A program made the translations under genes and the position numbers. A stretch of DNA of 38,931 bases from Basidiobolus meristosporus CBS 931.73 (Eukaryota > Fungi > Basidiobolomycota). Positions 12,809 to 24,521 of this stretch are shown here, one piece after another. Position 1 is the first letter of the stretch; every line of letters begins with the position of its first letter. The notes beneath the pieces are model-generated. The model did not search any database, was not told the DNA's origin, and was given only the letters and a program-made list of their open reading frames with translations. The stretch spans positions 1-38,931 of the forward strand of contig MCFE01000758.1 in the NCBI GenBank assembly GCA_002104905.1, given 5' to 3'.

Positions 12809-13461
12809 TTCAAAAGGCTATATACCTCCAAGCAAGGGAAGGTCGACACTAAAGGCCACTTCGGAAAGAAATGGACTATATAGCAAGAATCCAGCCCGAG
12901 AGTAATTAGCCAACTTCGGTACACAGGAATAATTCGACCAGTTATTGCGTAGAATTCCGAAATAGATTAGAGCAAATTTTGTAGGCAGGGAATTAATTGT
13001 TTTGCTATTTTAAAGGACATAAATACGCTCATTTGTCAACGACGAAAATGGAACCTGCGATAGAATTGGCAGAACCACTACATTGATACCATTTATACCG
13101 GCAGATCCTGGATAGGAAAACTGGGCATTGTGATCTCACTTGGGTGCAAACTCGTCCAAATCAATTGTCTATGCGGTTAGCAGTCAGTATTGATGACAGC
13201 CAACCCAGACAAATATGGCCATCTCCTTGTTGCTACGACAACGCGCTATTCTGATCCATGAAAGTAACGGGTGATTCGGTCCGAAACAGATTGGATTAAC
13301 ATGGACTGCTACTCCGGACTCCGACTAGTTAATCACGTTGGTGTAGATTGGTAGATTGGTGCAAAGTACAGGTCTCAACATGATGAATTCTCCGTGCCAA
13401 AGTAAACTCTTGCCAAGCACACTTTTCCTTCCAAAATCATAGCCAATAGACGCAAGAGAAC

Positions 13462-13469
13462 TATATAAA
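13462..13469 (+). promoter_or_regulatory. TATA box of the monooxygenase pseudogene
   Basis: TATATAAA about 60 nt upstream of the ATG at 13529, followed by a pyrimidine-rich leader. Confidence 0.5.
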
Positions 13470-13528
13470 GGACTACAATTAGAGTGCGTCTTCGTTCTCT
13501 CCTTCGCCACTACCACAAAATCAATTGA

Positions 13529-14213
13529 ATGTCTGTTCCAAGCATTGCCTTGTCTTGCAAATTCATGGAATCCCCTCGACTATCTTCGGTATGTCCAGCA
13601 AGCCTATATTCTCGGTGCCAGCAATTTTTGTTTATCCATTTGCTAACACTGCCTCTCCCACACAGAGCTCGACACGTCTGTCCGTAGCCGTGAACAAGAA
13701 GTGAAGCCCAGAAATATCGCAATGTGGATAAGAACGGTGTCGTTCACCTCCACGTCAAGTCTGGTTAGTTCCCAGTGACCAACGCCATCTCCAAGCCGGA
13801 GCAAGGCCGAAGATATTTATTGGAAAAGCACTATGCTGTTTGGGATGATCTGTCACTGTGGCGATATTATATATCCTCGCCCAAATTATGCACTGCCCGT
13901 CCCACACGTCTGCAAGAGTAAAGCTGGCTTGACCTTGATTGGCGATGCCGCCCATCTCATGTCTCCAATTGCTGGTGCTGGTGTCAATATGGTCTTGTGG
14001 GATGGAAAAGAGCTCGCCTTGACCATTGCCAATGCTACCAAATCAAGTAAACCTCTAGCGGCCGCTATTACGGATTATGAGAAAAAGATGTATGGTATGA
14101 CGTGCCCCGCGGTTGCATTGAGTGCTTCCAAACTTAGTCTGATCTCTTCGGCGGCCTCAGTGTCTGAGATCGTTGAGGTGATGGCTCGAGCAAAGAGCAA
14201 AGTCCGCTCGTGA
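13529..14213 (+). pseudogene. Group A flavin-dependent monooxygenase (TetX-like) pseudogene with large internal deletions
   Basis: Colinear fragments in shifting frames: MSVPSIA / VLQIHGIPSTIFE (intron) LDTSVRSREQ / EAQKYRNVDKNGVVHL / YPRPNYALP..GLTLIGDAAHLMSPIAGAGVNM..D..EL. The GxGxxG motif and most of the middle domain are absent. Confidence 0.8.
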
Positions 14214-15369
14214 ATGACACTCTTGGCCTCGCTTTAGCACCTTATAAATACCAATATGAGGGGAGTTGGCAACGCTGTCTCGATGGTCAAGCTGAATTTC
14301 TGAATCTTTGTGGAAGGTCATTTTATCGTGATGCCTTTTTATTGGCAGTGGAAAGAATCGTTGTGAGCAAGCTACTGTTTCATAGATATGCCTAATCATA
14401 TGTAAACTCTTCCCGACAAGATTGACTACAATATACAAGAGCGATGAAGAAACAACGGGCCACATCAGTAAGATTACTATGGCATCGCTTGCGAGTGGCT
14501 CAAATTGATATTCTATCTAATGGCTGAGTTTTCCATGATGTTATTGTTGCGTTCAGAGCACTAAAACTAATGCTCAAACCTACAAAAGCCATGGTACCAT
14601 ATAAGAAGTGTGAAATTATGGGTAGAAAGGTGGCTAAATGGTCGAGGTTGGAGTTCTAAGGTTCCATGTACTGGAGTTGCTCTGTCATCAATCCTCTATG
14701 CCGTAAGCATTTTAGGCCTTGGATACATAGAATTTTACTGCTCTCGGATCCGGGCAAGGCAGTCATATAAATTTAGAACATTGAATGCGGAGTGACAGGG
14801 GTTGCAAATTCGAATACGCTCATCCGAAATTCACAGGCTAGAAGACTCTGCCTTGTTCTCCCTCAGTAACAACATTGGTTACACTTGCCTTTGGTGAGAG
14901 CCGATTTTCCTATCCACTCATGTCGTAGCCGAAAAAGCCGTAATGGCACCGATGGTAGGATTCTCCGGCACGTTCTCTCGTAGCGGGTACCTTGGCTCGA
15001 GAACATTATTCACCCCCCAGTCCTAAGGTCAAGACTAGTACGAAGACTTGGGCTTGTAATCCACGCTCATACACACTTCTGTGAACGTGACACCAGACCC
15101 ATTGTCCCTCCATTACCCAACTCAACCCACATAATTACACTAGACCCCACACTAAAAGTCAAGTAGTCCTTCTCGAAGAAGAGGAGCAAATTAAATCCCT
15201 GGGTAACAATCAATCCCGAGATCGGATATTCGGCACTTTAGATGTCATAAGGCCGGTACGGTGATGTCAGTTTGGTTGGTGACTAGTCATGCCATGATAT
15301 CATATGTTCATTTAGGAATAGGCGGACTTTTGTTTGAAAAATAGAGAAGCCGCTCACTTCGACGTTAAC

Positions 15370-16139
15370 ATGCTAACACGTACCTTCTATTTCATACTAT
15401 TCCTGGTGTTTTTGGGATCCTATGGATTGACCATTAATTCCCTCTTTTCCACTAGCTGGATTCACTTCATGCAGCCTGCAAACACCCCTCCTGGCCCCAG
15501 GCCTTCTCCATTTCCTGGCCGCACCTCAGTCTACTATGGTCTGTTTCACCAGTGCACCATTGGCGGGCGGTGTAATTCGTTTCCTAACAGCACCAATGGT
15601 GACTGCCAAGAGCCGGGCTTTTGTATTCTGTGGAATCTGGCCAGAATTGCCATGATCTTGGCTGCAGTCATAGGTTCCTATCTTGTGATACATCTCCTCG
15701 GTCTGGTATTCGGAAGCTCTGAGAAGCGTCAACGAGGCTGGAAAATCGTGGTGTTCGTATTGTTTGTCATAGGTAAGCTAGTTTATGTCGCTTTGTTTTC
15801 GTAGTCAAGATACTAAGTGGGAAACCTCTAGCACTCTTTCAAATCCTAGGGATGGCGATCATAGCGCACCTCTTCTCCACCTCCACACTGTTCTATGTTG
15901 GAACGAACTATGGTAGTTGTTTTGTGCTTAATATTATCAGCTGGATCGTCGAAGTGTTTTCAGCAGGGTTTCTCTTTGTATATTCCTGGAAGCACAGTGG
16001 TGTTGCCCAATACGAGCCCATCCCCGAAAATCCAGCAGACGAGCATGCTCCACCGGCCGTCGAACACACCTACACAAACCCACCAGCAGCCGTGCATTCC
16101 GAGGCGTCGGAACGAAGCCTGCAAGAGGAAACTAATTGA
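15370..16139 (+). CDS. Four-TM claudin/SUR7/PalI-superfamily membrane protein, 236 aa, 2 exons
   Basis: Exons 15370-15772 and 15832-16139 join in frame (711 nt). Four hydrophobic segments; first loop carries W..YGLF..C....C, resembling the claudin W-GLW-C-C signature. Confidence 0.72.
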
Positions 16140-16561
16140 AGTTTGACACTTGTTTAATTATTTGCATGACGAGCATTTCTCAATAAATTGAATCTTCAAT
16201 CCAAACTGTGAACAATGTGACTTGTTTCATCACCACCGATCCAGCGACAAACCAATCAACGCCAGGATTGCTGAAGTAATTCTATCATTAAATGATGATG
16301 GCGGCTAGATTCAGGTTTGCTGAACGAACCAACCAGGAAGTCTTGTAACAAACGAATTTAGGCGGATATAGGCGCATTCAATGACTGCTTTGAAATGCAT
16401 GGAATCGATTTGAGATTCACTGGCAAAACGTGACCGCCAACTAGAGATATTTTCTCACCTAATGCTTCTTTCTATTCAACCCACACTCCGCCTCTGACCT
16501 CCACAGCTTTGCACATATTTCCAAGCGTACATAGTGTTTTGTCTTTGTTATTGCTGCCCCA

Positions 16562-17648
16562 ATGTTCCTTCAAACGGACGCCAAGTTTTACTTTCCGAAG
16601 GCTGTGACTACAGTTGAAGGCGACACACTGAACGTTGAAGAGCTCGCTGCAAAGTACAATTTAATATTGTTAACACTAAAGGTATCTCTCTGCTTTCAAC
16701 CTTCAAGGAAGTTCGTCAGACCAACCACTGAATTCTCGTAGGCACCAGGGTGTCCAATATGCCCCCATTTGTTAATGCTTTTGAACTTCCTCGGCTTAAG
16801 CTTGACAAGCCCTGGCGGGGCTTTAGAAGATCCTTTTGAGCACACCACTCTGCAGGTATCCAAAGAAGATTTGGAGGTATCGTAACCATTTTTCTCAAGC
16901 TCATATTTCAACTGGCAGCTAACCTAACCCTTCTTAGTTCAATCGCATTCTGCTACGCACCGACAGCTATTTCCTAGTCCTATGCCCTGGGGAGGTTTCA
17001 CAGCTTGTGGAACTACGGGAGGCCACGAACTTCGGCGAACACTCCTTTATCGTAGATACTGAACTTTCTCTGTCGCGCAGCATTGGTCTATGCATGACGA
17101 TGACTCATATCTGGCCATCAATACTCCACATACAGCCATACACTCTAAAAATCTCACCCATCAAATTTGGCAGAGAGCCAGGGTTTTATGGACACCATTC
17201 TTTAATGTCATTCTTGAGCGCGACCAGATTTGAGGTCGAGGTTCGGTCACTGCGTACCATCTATCGTGCGGATAGAGTGATGGATAACTTGAAGGAGCTT
17301 ATCGAAAGAACACCGGTGTTTGTCACCAAATCCTTCATCTTGCCTATCGAAATATTGGATCGGACGCTTCAGTACTTGGATTTCGCCACTTTGCAAAATA
17401 TCATGAACGTTTCGAGGCAGTGGCACATGCTTGGCTTGCGCACGTTGAAGAATCAGCTTCGGAGCTCCATTGAGGCGCTCAAAGAGCTGCTGCCCAAGCT
17501 TGACAATGGGGAGATTGCAATGCTAATCCACAATGACCATTGGAAATGCTACTACAGACCGCCCGTGCCGGTCAGCATGCTCAATCAGAGACTATCCAAG
17601 TTAATCATAGGAATCTCCAATGCGCAAACCGCATCCAGCTCAACATGA
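16562..17648 (+). CDS. Thioredoxin-fold redoxin (AhpC/TSA-like, CPIC motif) fused to a C-terminal F-box, 321 aa, 3 exons
   Basis: Exons 16562-16681, 16742-16876, 16938-17648 join in frame (966 nt) via two 60-61 bp GT-AG introns. LILLTLKAPGCPICPHLL spans intron 1; F-box-like LPIEILDRTLQYLDFATLQNIMNVSRQW lies near the C-terminus. Confidence 0.72.
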
Positions 17649-17941
17649 ATGGAAACGGACACCACTAGCCATATATGTATAAAATCACTATATAATTAAC
17701 GATAACCACCCAGCCACCATGTACTCGTTGGTAGCGTATGTGCGGTGAATGTAAACACTTTGCTGACAGCAGTTTATAAATAATCGGAAATTTATGTAAG
17801 ATTGGCATCTGCCGCCCTCATCTTCAATTGGTCCATTTTACTACACCCATCTAACCCAAAAACATCGTGATCCTCGAACCAGCCAATGTTTCGACTATCA
17901 AGAACCATGAAACACTGAAACATGGCTCTGCTGCAAAGCAA

Positions 17942-20900
17942 TTACCGGGGTTTCAAAGGCTTATAGAGCATACTCCCACTGCTCTCACTCCCCTCTTCAC
18001 TAGGCGAGTGGCTTTGTGAGGCAGACAGGTTGAGGGAGGACAAGTGAGCAAGCTGGCTGGGAGTCTGGTAGCCGATTCTCTCTAGAGATTCGGAAGGGAT
18101 GAGCCCGCTATTTGAGGACCAGTTGCTCAAGGCCTTCTGGGTCTTTCTGCGCTTTTGCTTCTCGAAATCCGACCATTTCTTCATGACAATCTTTGCGGCG
18201 TCGAACTCCCCGTCCGCATCCCCATGACTCTCTTGTTTGCCGGTGCCGGCAACCTTTCTGGTCTGTCCCCAGCTGAAATCATCGAAATGCCAGAAGGAGT
18301 ACACCGGTAACACGAAATTCCATATAAACAAGGCCAATAGGTAGATCAGCATCCAGCCAACATACACCAGTTTTCTAGTGGTCATCAGGATCAACACCGC
18401 CGGAAGCCCTAGGATGATCGCAAGCAGGATCAGGGGGATAATCGGGACTGGGGTGGTGATGAACGAGATCACCACCAGATAGATCGTGAAGCAAATGGCA
18501 GCGGGTAGCACAACGGTCCCAACCAGCTCCATAAACACCACGAACTGCATTGAGAAGCAGAATGTACCACACAGATCACGAATAAGCACCAACTCCAGCA
18601 GGTTGTGCACCGTGGAATTGATCCAGCGTCGTCGCTGCGACAAGAGCACTCTGAACGACTCTGGCACCACTGTTTTGCACACAGCCTGTGGTACGAAAAT
18701 CATCTTGCGCTTAGGGAAGGTGCGCAGCATCATAGTGCTGAGGAAGCGATCCTCGCCCAGAAGGAGAAGGTTCTTCTTGTGCAGAGTGTCGACCACGTTT
18801 TCGGAGTAGTGATCGATGATGTCGGGGCTGGCCAGCACGGGGACCCAAAAGTCATTCGAGCCTTTGGGCGCCTTGATCCGATACATACAGAAGCATCCCG
18901 GCAGGCAGGTCACCCCTCCGAATATGGACTCGAAGGCCTTGTTTAGATGGTGGGAGATGTAGTACTCGAACACCTGGATCATGGTCACCCAGCTGTTGCG
19001 TTTGTTGGCGATCTTCGTCTCCCCACAAAGACCCATGATCTGGGGATCGCGCACCATACAGGACACCATACGGGTGACCGAATCTGGATAAACTTTGGTG
19101 TCCGCGTCCACCATGAGCACGATCTCGAAATGATCTGGACTAATGCCGGTGACGCTCCAAATCGCATTGAACAATTCGTACTCCATCTCGGTCATGCGGT
19201 CATCAAACATGACATGCTGCAGGAAGGACATCAGGATGATCTGGCTGTCTCGCTTGCCTCGGTTTCCGGGCTTGGGGCCGTCCGCTTCCTCAGGAGTGCC
19301 GCACTTGGCGATCACGATCATGGGGACCTTGGTCTGCTTCTCCATCGGCACGGTGGACTCGTCGAATCGGTAGTACCCAGCGTATACCTTGGCCATGTTG
19401 TGTCTCTTGGCGCCGTCGGCGATGGCTATGTATGAATAGGGCTGGACGTGCTCGGGGGAGATGACAAAATCCTTCATCATCGAGACACAGATGTCTGGGG
19501 TGGAAAGTTGGTTTCCGGCCCCCACAATCAGACCGTCAGCGATCACCAGGATCATCTTGTGTGAGACTGGGTAGTCGGTCAAGGCCAGCGAATCTAGCGT
19601 GGTCCGTATGCCCAGCTCGTCCTCGGAGTACGCGGTCACCAGCATGATGGTGTAGGCAAGGGGGAAATTGAACGGTTGGAAGGCGGCGGGCGGTGCCGTT
19701 GGCGGCACATGGATGTTTCCGAGTATGGTGGACGATCCGGTCGAGTTGCGTCTCGAGGTACTCCCGGGCGTGGCCAATGAGCTGACCGAGTCGCTCCCCC
19801 AGCCCCTGTTTTTGGCCCTCATCTCATGTGAGAGGTTGTTGTAAGACCGCTTCGTAGAAAAATCATGCTGTGGCGTGGAGAATCGACTGGTGCTCGGTAA
19901 CAGGAGATTGCTGGATTTGGCCGGGCTGTTTCCGTTTCGGACGTAAGAAGGAATGGCGACGTTGCTCGGACTCTCGCTCCATTTCTCGATGGCCTCGATA
20001 CGCTTCCGTCGCTCTTCGTAGGTCTCCTGACGAAAGCTGCCCAGCCGCCAGCTCAGCACCCAGCCGAAGAATACCGCGAGGAAGAATTTGCTCAGAACCA
20101 CACCGAGAATTACGATCAACGATATATAGAGGATGATGTTTGATATGATGCATCCCATCGACGTAGTGTCCAGTGAGCCCACTTTCAGAATGCCCACCGC
20201 GCAGTCGGCCTCATCTCGATGATAGTTGGCCAGCATAAAGGTCACGTCTGTTCCACGATATGGCGAGTTCTGCGACCCAAGCTGTTCGTAGATCGGTGGC
20301 TTTTGGTAGGCTGTCCTCAGTGAGTTCAGCAGATTCATGTCCAGGACATTGCTTCGTAGAGGTTCAGTTAGATCTCGACCGTTCTCAAATGATACACGTC
20401 ACTACAATTACCCGTTGTAGACCACAAGGTTCCGGTCCTTCCTCTGGATATCCTTCCATTCATAGTAAACGTCGCCCAGCAGCGGTAGACCCCGCAATGG
20501 GTTCGTGTTCAAACCCAGATGGCATCCAACACCGGCGGCATTTTCCGTCGGGTCTGGATAGTGGGTGCTGTTGCGTACGACGCAAGGAAAGAACGTCGCG
20601 GGGACGGCCCCGTTGCTCCCTCCCCACATCCTGTTACACCCCTTGTTCGTGCTCTGGAATAAAAAAGAGATGTCCATCGAACCAGCTATGGCTGTGATGT
20701 CCCCGCCTTGAGGGATCAGGCTATTGGTGGAATGGGAGTAACCGGCAATTTGATACGCTCTTCCATGGACCACAGTATAGTCCGAGCCTATTGTCCCTTG
20801 CCGGACTCTTGGGGCAACCCTCCATCCACACAACACCTGTTGTAATCCAAAGGTAAGAAATCCGACGACCAGACACAGGAAGAAGATGATTGTGCAAAGA

Positions 20901-21907
20901 GCCATCTTCTCCCGCCACGCCTGCCTTTTTTCTGGGGTCTTCATACCTAAATGAGGCTTCGGTTAGGAAATGGCTCGTAAACCCGAGACGCCATTGCTCG
21001 ATAATTACCGCAGCATGAAAGGATGGGGCTCGGCGCGTAGAACGTGATCACCCTGGAGAACACTATCCAACAGCTGGGGCATCGCTTCTTTGCGGTCGGT
21101 TGAGGCGGCTTGTTTGGTTTGTTCTCTCGTGTCTCGGTGCCAGCACGGTTGATTATATTCTCCCGCGCACCCCGGGCGTAGCTTCTGGCCTTGGCTGCTT
21201 CCGTATTTTGATTCAGGTAGCGCCTTTCCGGCCGACGCTCTGGACGAACCAAAGATCTCTTCCGACGTGGTGGTTCGGAACGTCCGCGTGCCTCCACATT
21301 TCTATGATGATCGGACCTGCTGCGAGAGGGGGAGCGAGGATAGGAGTCCGTGGATTCATTGGCCTGTGGGTAGATCTCGTCCGTGGCTATTCGCGCGGAT
21401 TTGGACGAGAAGTTTTAGCTTTGTGCCCAATTTGGACATCATGTACTAATTAAGAGGAGAACTCACCACGATGATTTGATAACCGCTGTAATTCCACTCT
21501 ATCAGTCACATTGGCGGTGAAACGGGGTGGTCTACTGGTGTTACGAAATGCATGGGGGTTGATTGGTCGGTTGCTGTATGCGCTGTGGGAGCGGGGATGT
21601 TCAGTTGGGACTACGGAGCGCCTGTGGGTAGCGGGTGAATCTGGGCAACAACATATGCGAATGAGCCATTTCTGTCGCACCTTCAGAAAAACATTCAATC
21701 AATACCTTGCTTGCTTAGCGCGTCTTGTATGTAGCTAGAGTGGAATTTGGGAGCTGCATCAAAGCCTTGCTCCGTGTAAATATCGTTCGAAGCAGGGAGG
21801 TTGGCACTGTGGTGCTCGGGCTCTGGAGAAGAAGGGGTTGTGTGATTTTGTGAGTGAATCCGCCCAGAAGTTGTCTTGTCCGAGTCGCTCTTCCTGGCAA
21901 TAGGCAT
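17942..21907 (-). CDS. CHS3: Chitin synthase, class IV (Chs3-like), copy B, 1232 aa, 5 exons
   Basis: Exons 21907-21706, 21640-21467, 21386-21009, 20946-20412, 20351-17942 join in frame (3699 nt). [26 protein letters not shown] and QRRRW are intact. Confidence 0.95.
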
Positions 21908-22898
21908 GGATAGACTTGCAGTGGTTGTGGGGTGGGAGGATAGAGAGGAACTTGGAGCTAATGCAGGTAGCTGAGAGGTTTGCTAACAAAAATGGTGGTT
22001 ACTGTGCGTAAAGTCCAATGCACGAGAAGGGAAAATCTAGTTAATAAAGCGAAGCGATCAAGCTGGTGGGTGTCGGTTGACTTAAAAGTACATAAATCAC
22101 GAGGGATATCAAAGCCACAAAGTCTTGTAATCAAAGGGAAATGGGACGAAATTCGAGCTCACTGAGCGAGGGCCGAGGTAAAGATCTTTTAATGTCAGGT
22201 AGCTCCATTGGATGGGGCATGTCATTACGTGGGGAACACCATGATTGCATTGATATCCCAGTTCCCAGGCACGTACAAATAGAAAGCAGCACAGAGGTAG
22301 GGGGGAATAGTTTTGAAATCTTGTTTAGAAGAAGCCAAGTATCACAACCTCGAGTGATTATCTTGACCGCATTTGCCTAGAGAGTAGTCAGGAATCCTCG
22401 TCCCACCACAGGTGCAGCACGAACTGGGGACTTCCTTAACCGAATGAAACACATGTCCATCACAGCTACAGCATTTATCCAAGCCTGTGTAATGTTGCGA
22501 GATGAAAAATCATTTTTTAATCATGTCCATTTTGGTAGGCGGTTTACTCCTTTCCACGTATTTAACTAAGTTAGTTAAAAGGCCACCACAGATTGGTTAA
22601 AAGCCGAATGTTTGATAAGCAAACTTTAACTCTTGCCAAATCAGTCTGATCTTGATAGAACCCTCTATTAGGCAGCAGAAGCAATATATATGAATTGGGC
22701 ACCGTTGATACTTGGTAATATGGTCATTATTAGCGAAAGCGTAACCCAACCCCAACCTGGTGACAAGACACGTCCTCGTGTGAATCAGGAACAGATTAAG
22801 GTTGAAGGTGTGAAGGAATGGGGTAGAGCACGTTGAACGTCCGTTCTTGCGAACACTCAATTGTAGGCCTCCCCCTTGGTCAGTTATAGGCTTTCTCC

Positions 22899-23006
22899 CT
22901 CGATCCCTCGATCAATTACGGGCAAGTTTCTCGATCACATCTCAGCAGAAAACAAGCGGAATCAGCAAATCGAGCATATTTGCTCGATCAAATCTGAGCA
23001 GAAAAC
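22899..23006. promoter_or_regulatory. Cluster of CTCGATC motifs with a 24-bp direct repeat and a short palindrome in the CHS-B / C2H2 divergent intergenic region
   Basis: CTCGATC at 22899, 22907, 22930 and 22983. Direct repeat 22930-22953 / 22983-23006 with 2 mismatches. ATCGAGCA-TATT-TGCTCGAT at 22969-22988. Function is inferred only. Confidence 0.45.
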
Positions 23007-23486
23007 GCGAAGAGATTTGGGTCGGCATCGCTGATTAACCAAAACTGGGAGGCATATTTTAGCCGTCCCATGAGTCTCTGGCATTCAAACTCAGAAGGGG
23101 CCTAGAAGAAATCCATTGTACAACTTGATCAGCGCCGCGAATCATATTGCATTCGCCCTACACCGAAATCGTGGCTTAAATCGGAGCGATTGGCCGTCGT
23201 TGGTTGGTTATTGTTTGCCAACATCAATCTGGCAAGTGGCTCACCGGCTCGATATGGTCATAGTCGTCTGGAGAAGGTATTCGAGGCAGCATTGTGAAAC
23301 TAGTCGAGGCTACGAATGCACGCTCAACTTGGCAGGTCCGTTTGCCTGTTCCATCAACTAGTCTCACTGTTTGCTTTTCAACAACGTTTACCCGTCTTTG
23401 CCAACCTAGAATAAGTTCTGCGTGACTTTCCATTGGCTCCGACTGGGCTTTAACTATTTAAAGTCGGGGGATGAACGGTTGGGCCA

Positions 23487-24521
23487 ATGGCAGCCAACTC
23501 AGCAACATATAAATCCACCGACTTGGGCCATTATCTATTGTATCAAATGCTTCAAATGAATAGTTCTCATCTTGACAAAATACCCCACAATCCCGGGTCC
23601 CGTTTAAGCTCCTTCCCCTCGAATGACATGTGTTTTACTTCGGCGGATAGCGGTCTGCTGGGCGTTAATTTCTCCATCTCCTCCCAATCCCAAAGCCCCG
23701 AACTCTACCTAAACAACCACAACAACAACAACAACCTACAGCAATCGTTCTCGAGTGACGAGGACCTTAGTCCCATCACACCTGGCTTCATGCCGTCGGG
23801 CTCCTATCAGAGCAGCAGTGACGGCCTGATGCAGAAATCGATGGAGAGACTTTCGGATGTAAATCCATTGGCCGCCACGACAATGACCTTCACCTACACC
23901 AAGCAAATGTACATGAACCCGCAAAGCCGGCCGCCACTCCAATTTTACCCTCAAGTTCAGCCTCAAACATACCCGCTCCCCACGCCGCCCCCCGAGAAGA
24001 GCCTGATGTTGAACCGCGGCAACGAGGGCTGCATCTCGTGGAACAGCCAGGAGGTTGCCAAGCCAGGGTACGCATGCCCCAATCCTCCTCCCATGAACGC
24101 GACCAACGAATTCTTCTACTCCCTTCAGAGCCCAGTAAATAAGTCATTCCCCATAGAAGCACAGCCGTTCAACGTTGGCTACGCCGGTGATCGTTCCAAC
24201 GGGTCGAAGGCCTCCAACGGGCTGCTCTACCCATGCATCTATCCGAACTGCCAAAAGTTCTTCACCTCTCTGAGCAACCTCCGTTTACATAGCCGCATCC
24301 ATTCCGCCGACCGCCCATTCAAGTGCAACATCTGCTCCAAGTTTTTCCTTCGCAACCATGACCTTCGCCGACACGAGAAGATCCACCTTGGATTGAAGCC
24401 GTATCCCTGTTCCAGATGCGGCCGCTGCTTCGGCCGCTCCGATGCCATGAAGAGGCACATGCTGATGAAGCGGTGTGCGGAGTCGAGCCCTCGAGTGAAA
24501 TCGGAAGATACCAAAGAGTGA
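23487..24521 (+). CDS. C2H2 zinc-finger transcription factor, 344 aa
   Basis: Single ORF with a low-complexity Q/N/S/P N-terminus (AAC poly-Asn run) and three C-terminal fingers: CIYPNC..HSRIH, CNIC..RNHDLRRHEKIH, and CSRC..RSDAMKRHMLMKRC (C2HC-type). Confidence 0.9.
   Translation: MAANSATYKSTDLGHYLLYQMLQMNSSHLDKIPHNPGSRLSSFPSNDMCFTSADSGLLGVNFSISSQSQSPELYLNNHNNNNNLQQSFSSDEDLSPITPGFMPSGSYQSSSDGLMQKSMERLSDVNPLAATTMTFTYTKQMYMNPQSRPPLQFYPQVQPQTYPLPTPPPEKSLMLNRGNEGCISWNSQEVAKPGYACPNPPPMNATNEFFYSLQSPVNKSFPIEAQPFNVGYAGDRSNGSKASNGLLYPCIYPNCQKFFTSLSNLRLHSRIHSADRPFKCNICSKFFLRNHDLRRHEKIHLGLKPYPCSRCGRCFGRSDAMKRHMLMKRCAESSPRVKSEDTKE

Noticed and set aside
14400-15330. GC-moderate stretch with short ORFs on both strands
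   Set aside because: No frame gave a recognisable domain or a consistent splice model.
1539-24521. Idea that CHS x2, EFR3, the claudin-like gene and the C2H2 TF form a co-regulated cell-wall cluster
   Set aside because: PEX5 and the MRH receptor are interspersed, orientations are mixed and no shared motif was seen; needs synteny or expression data.
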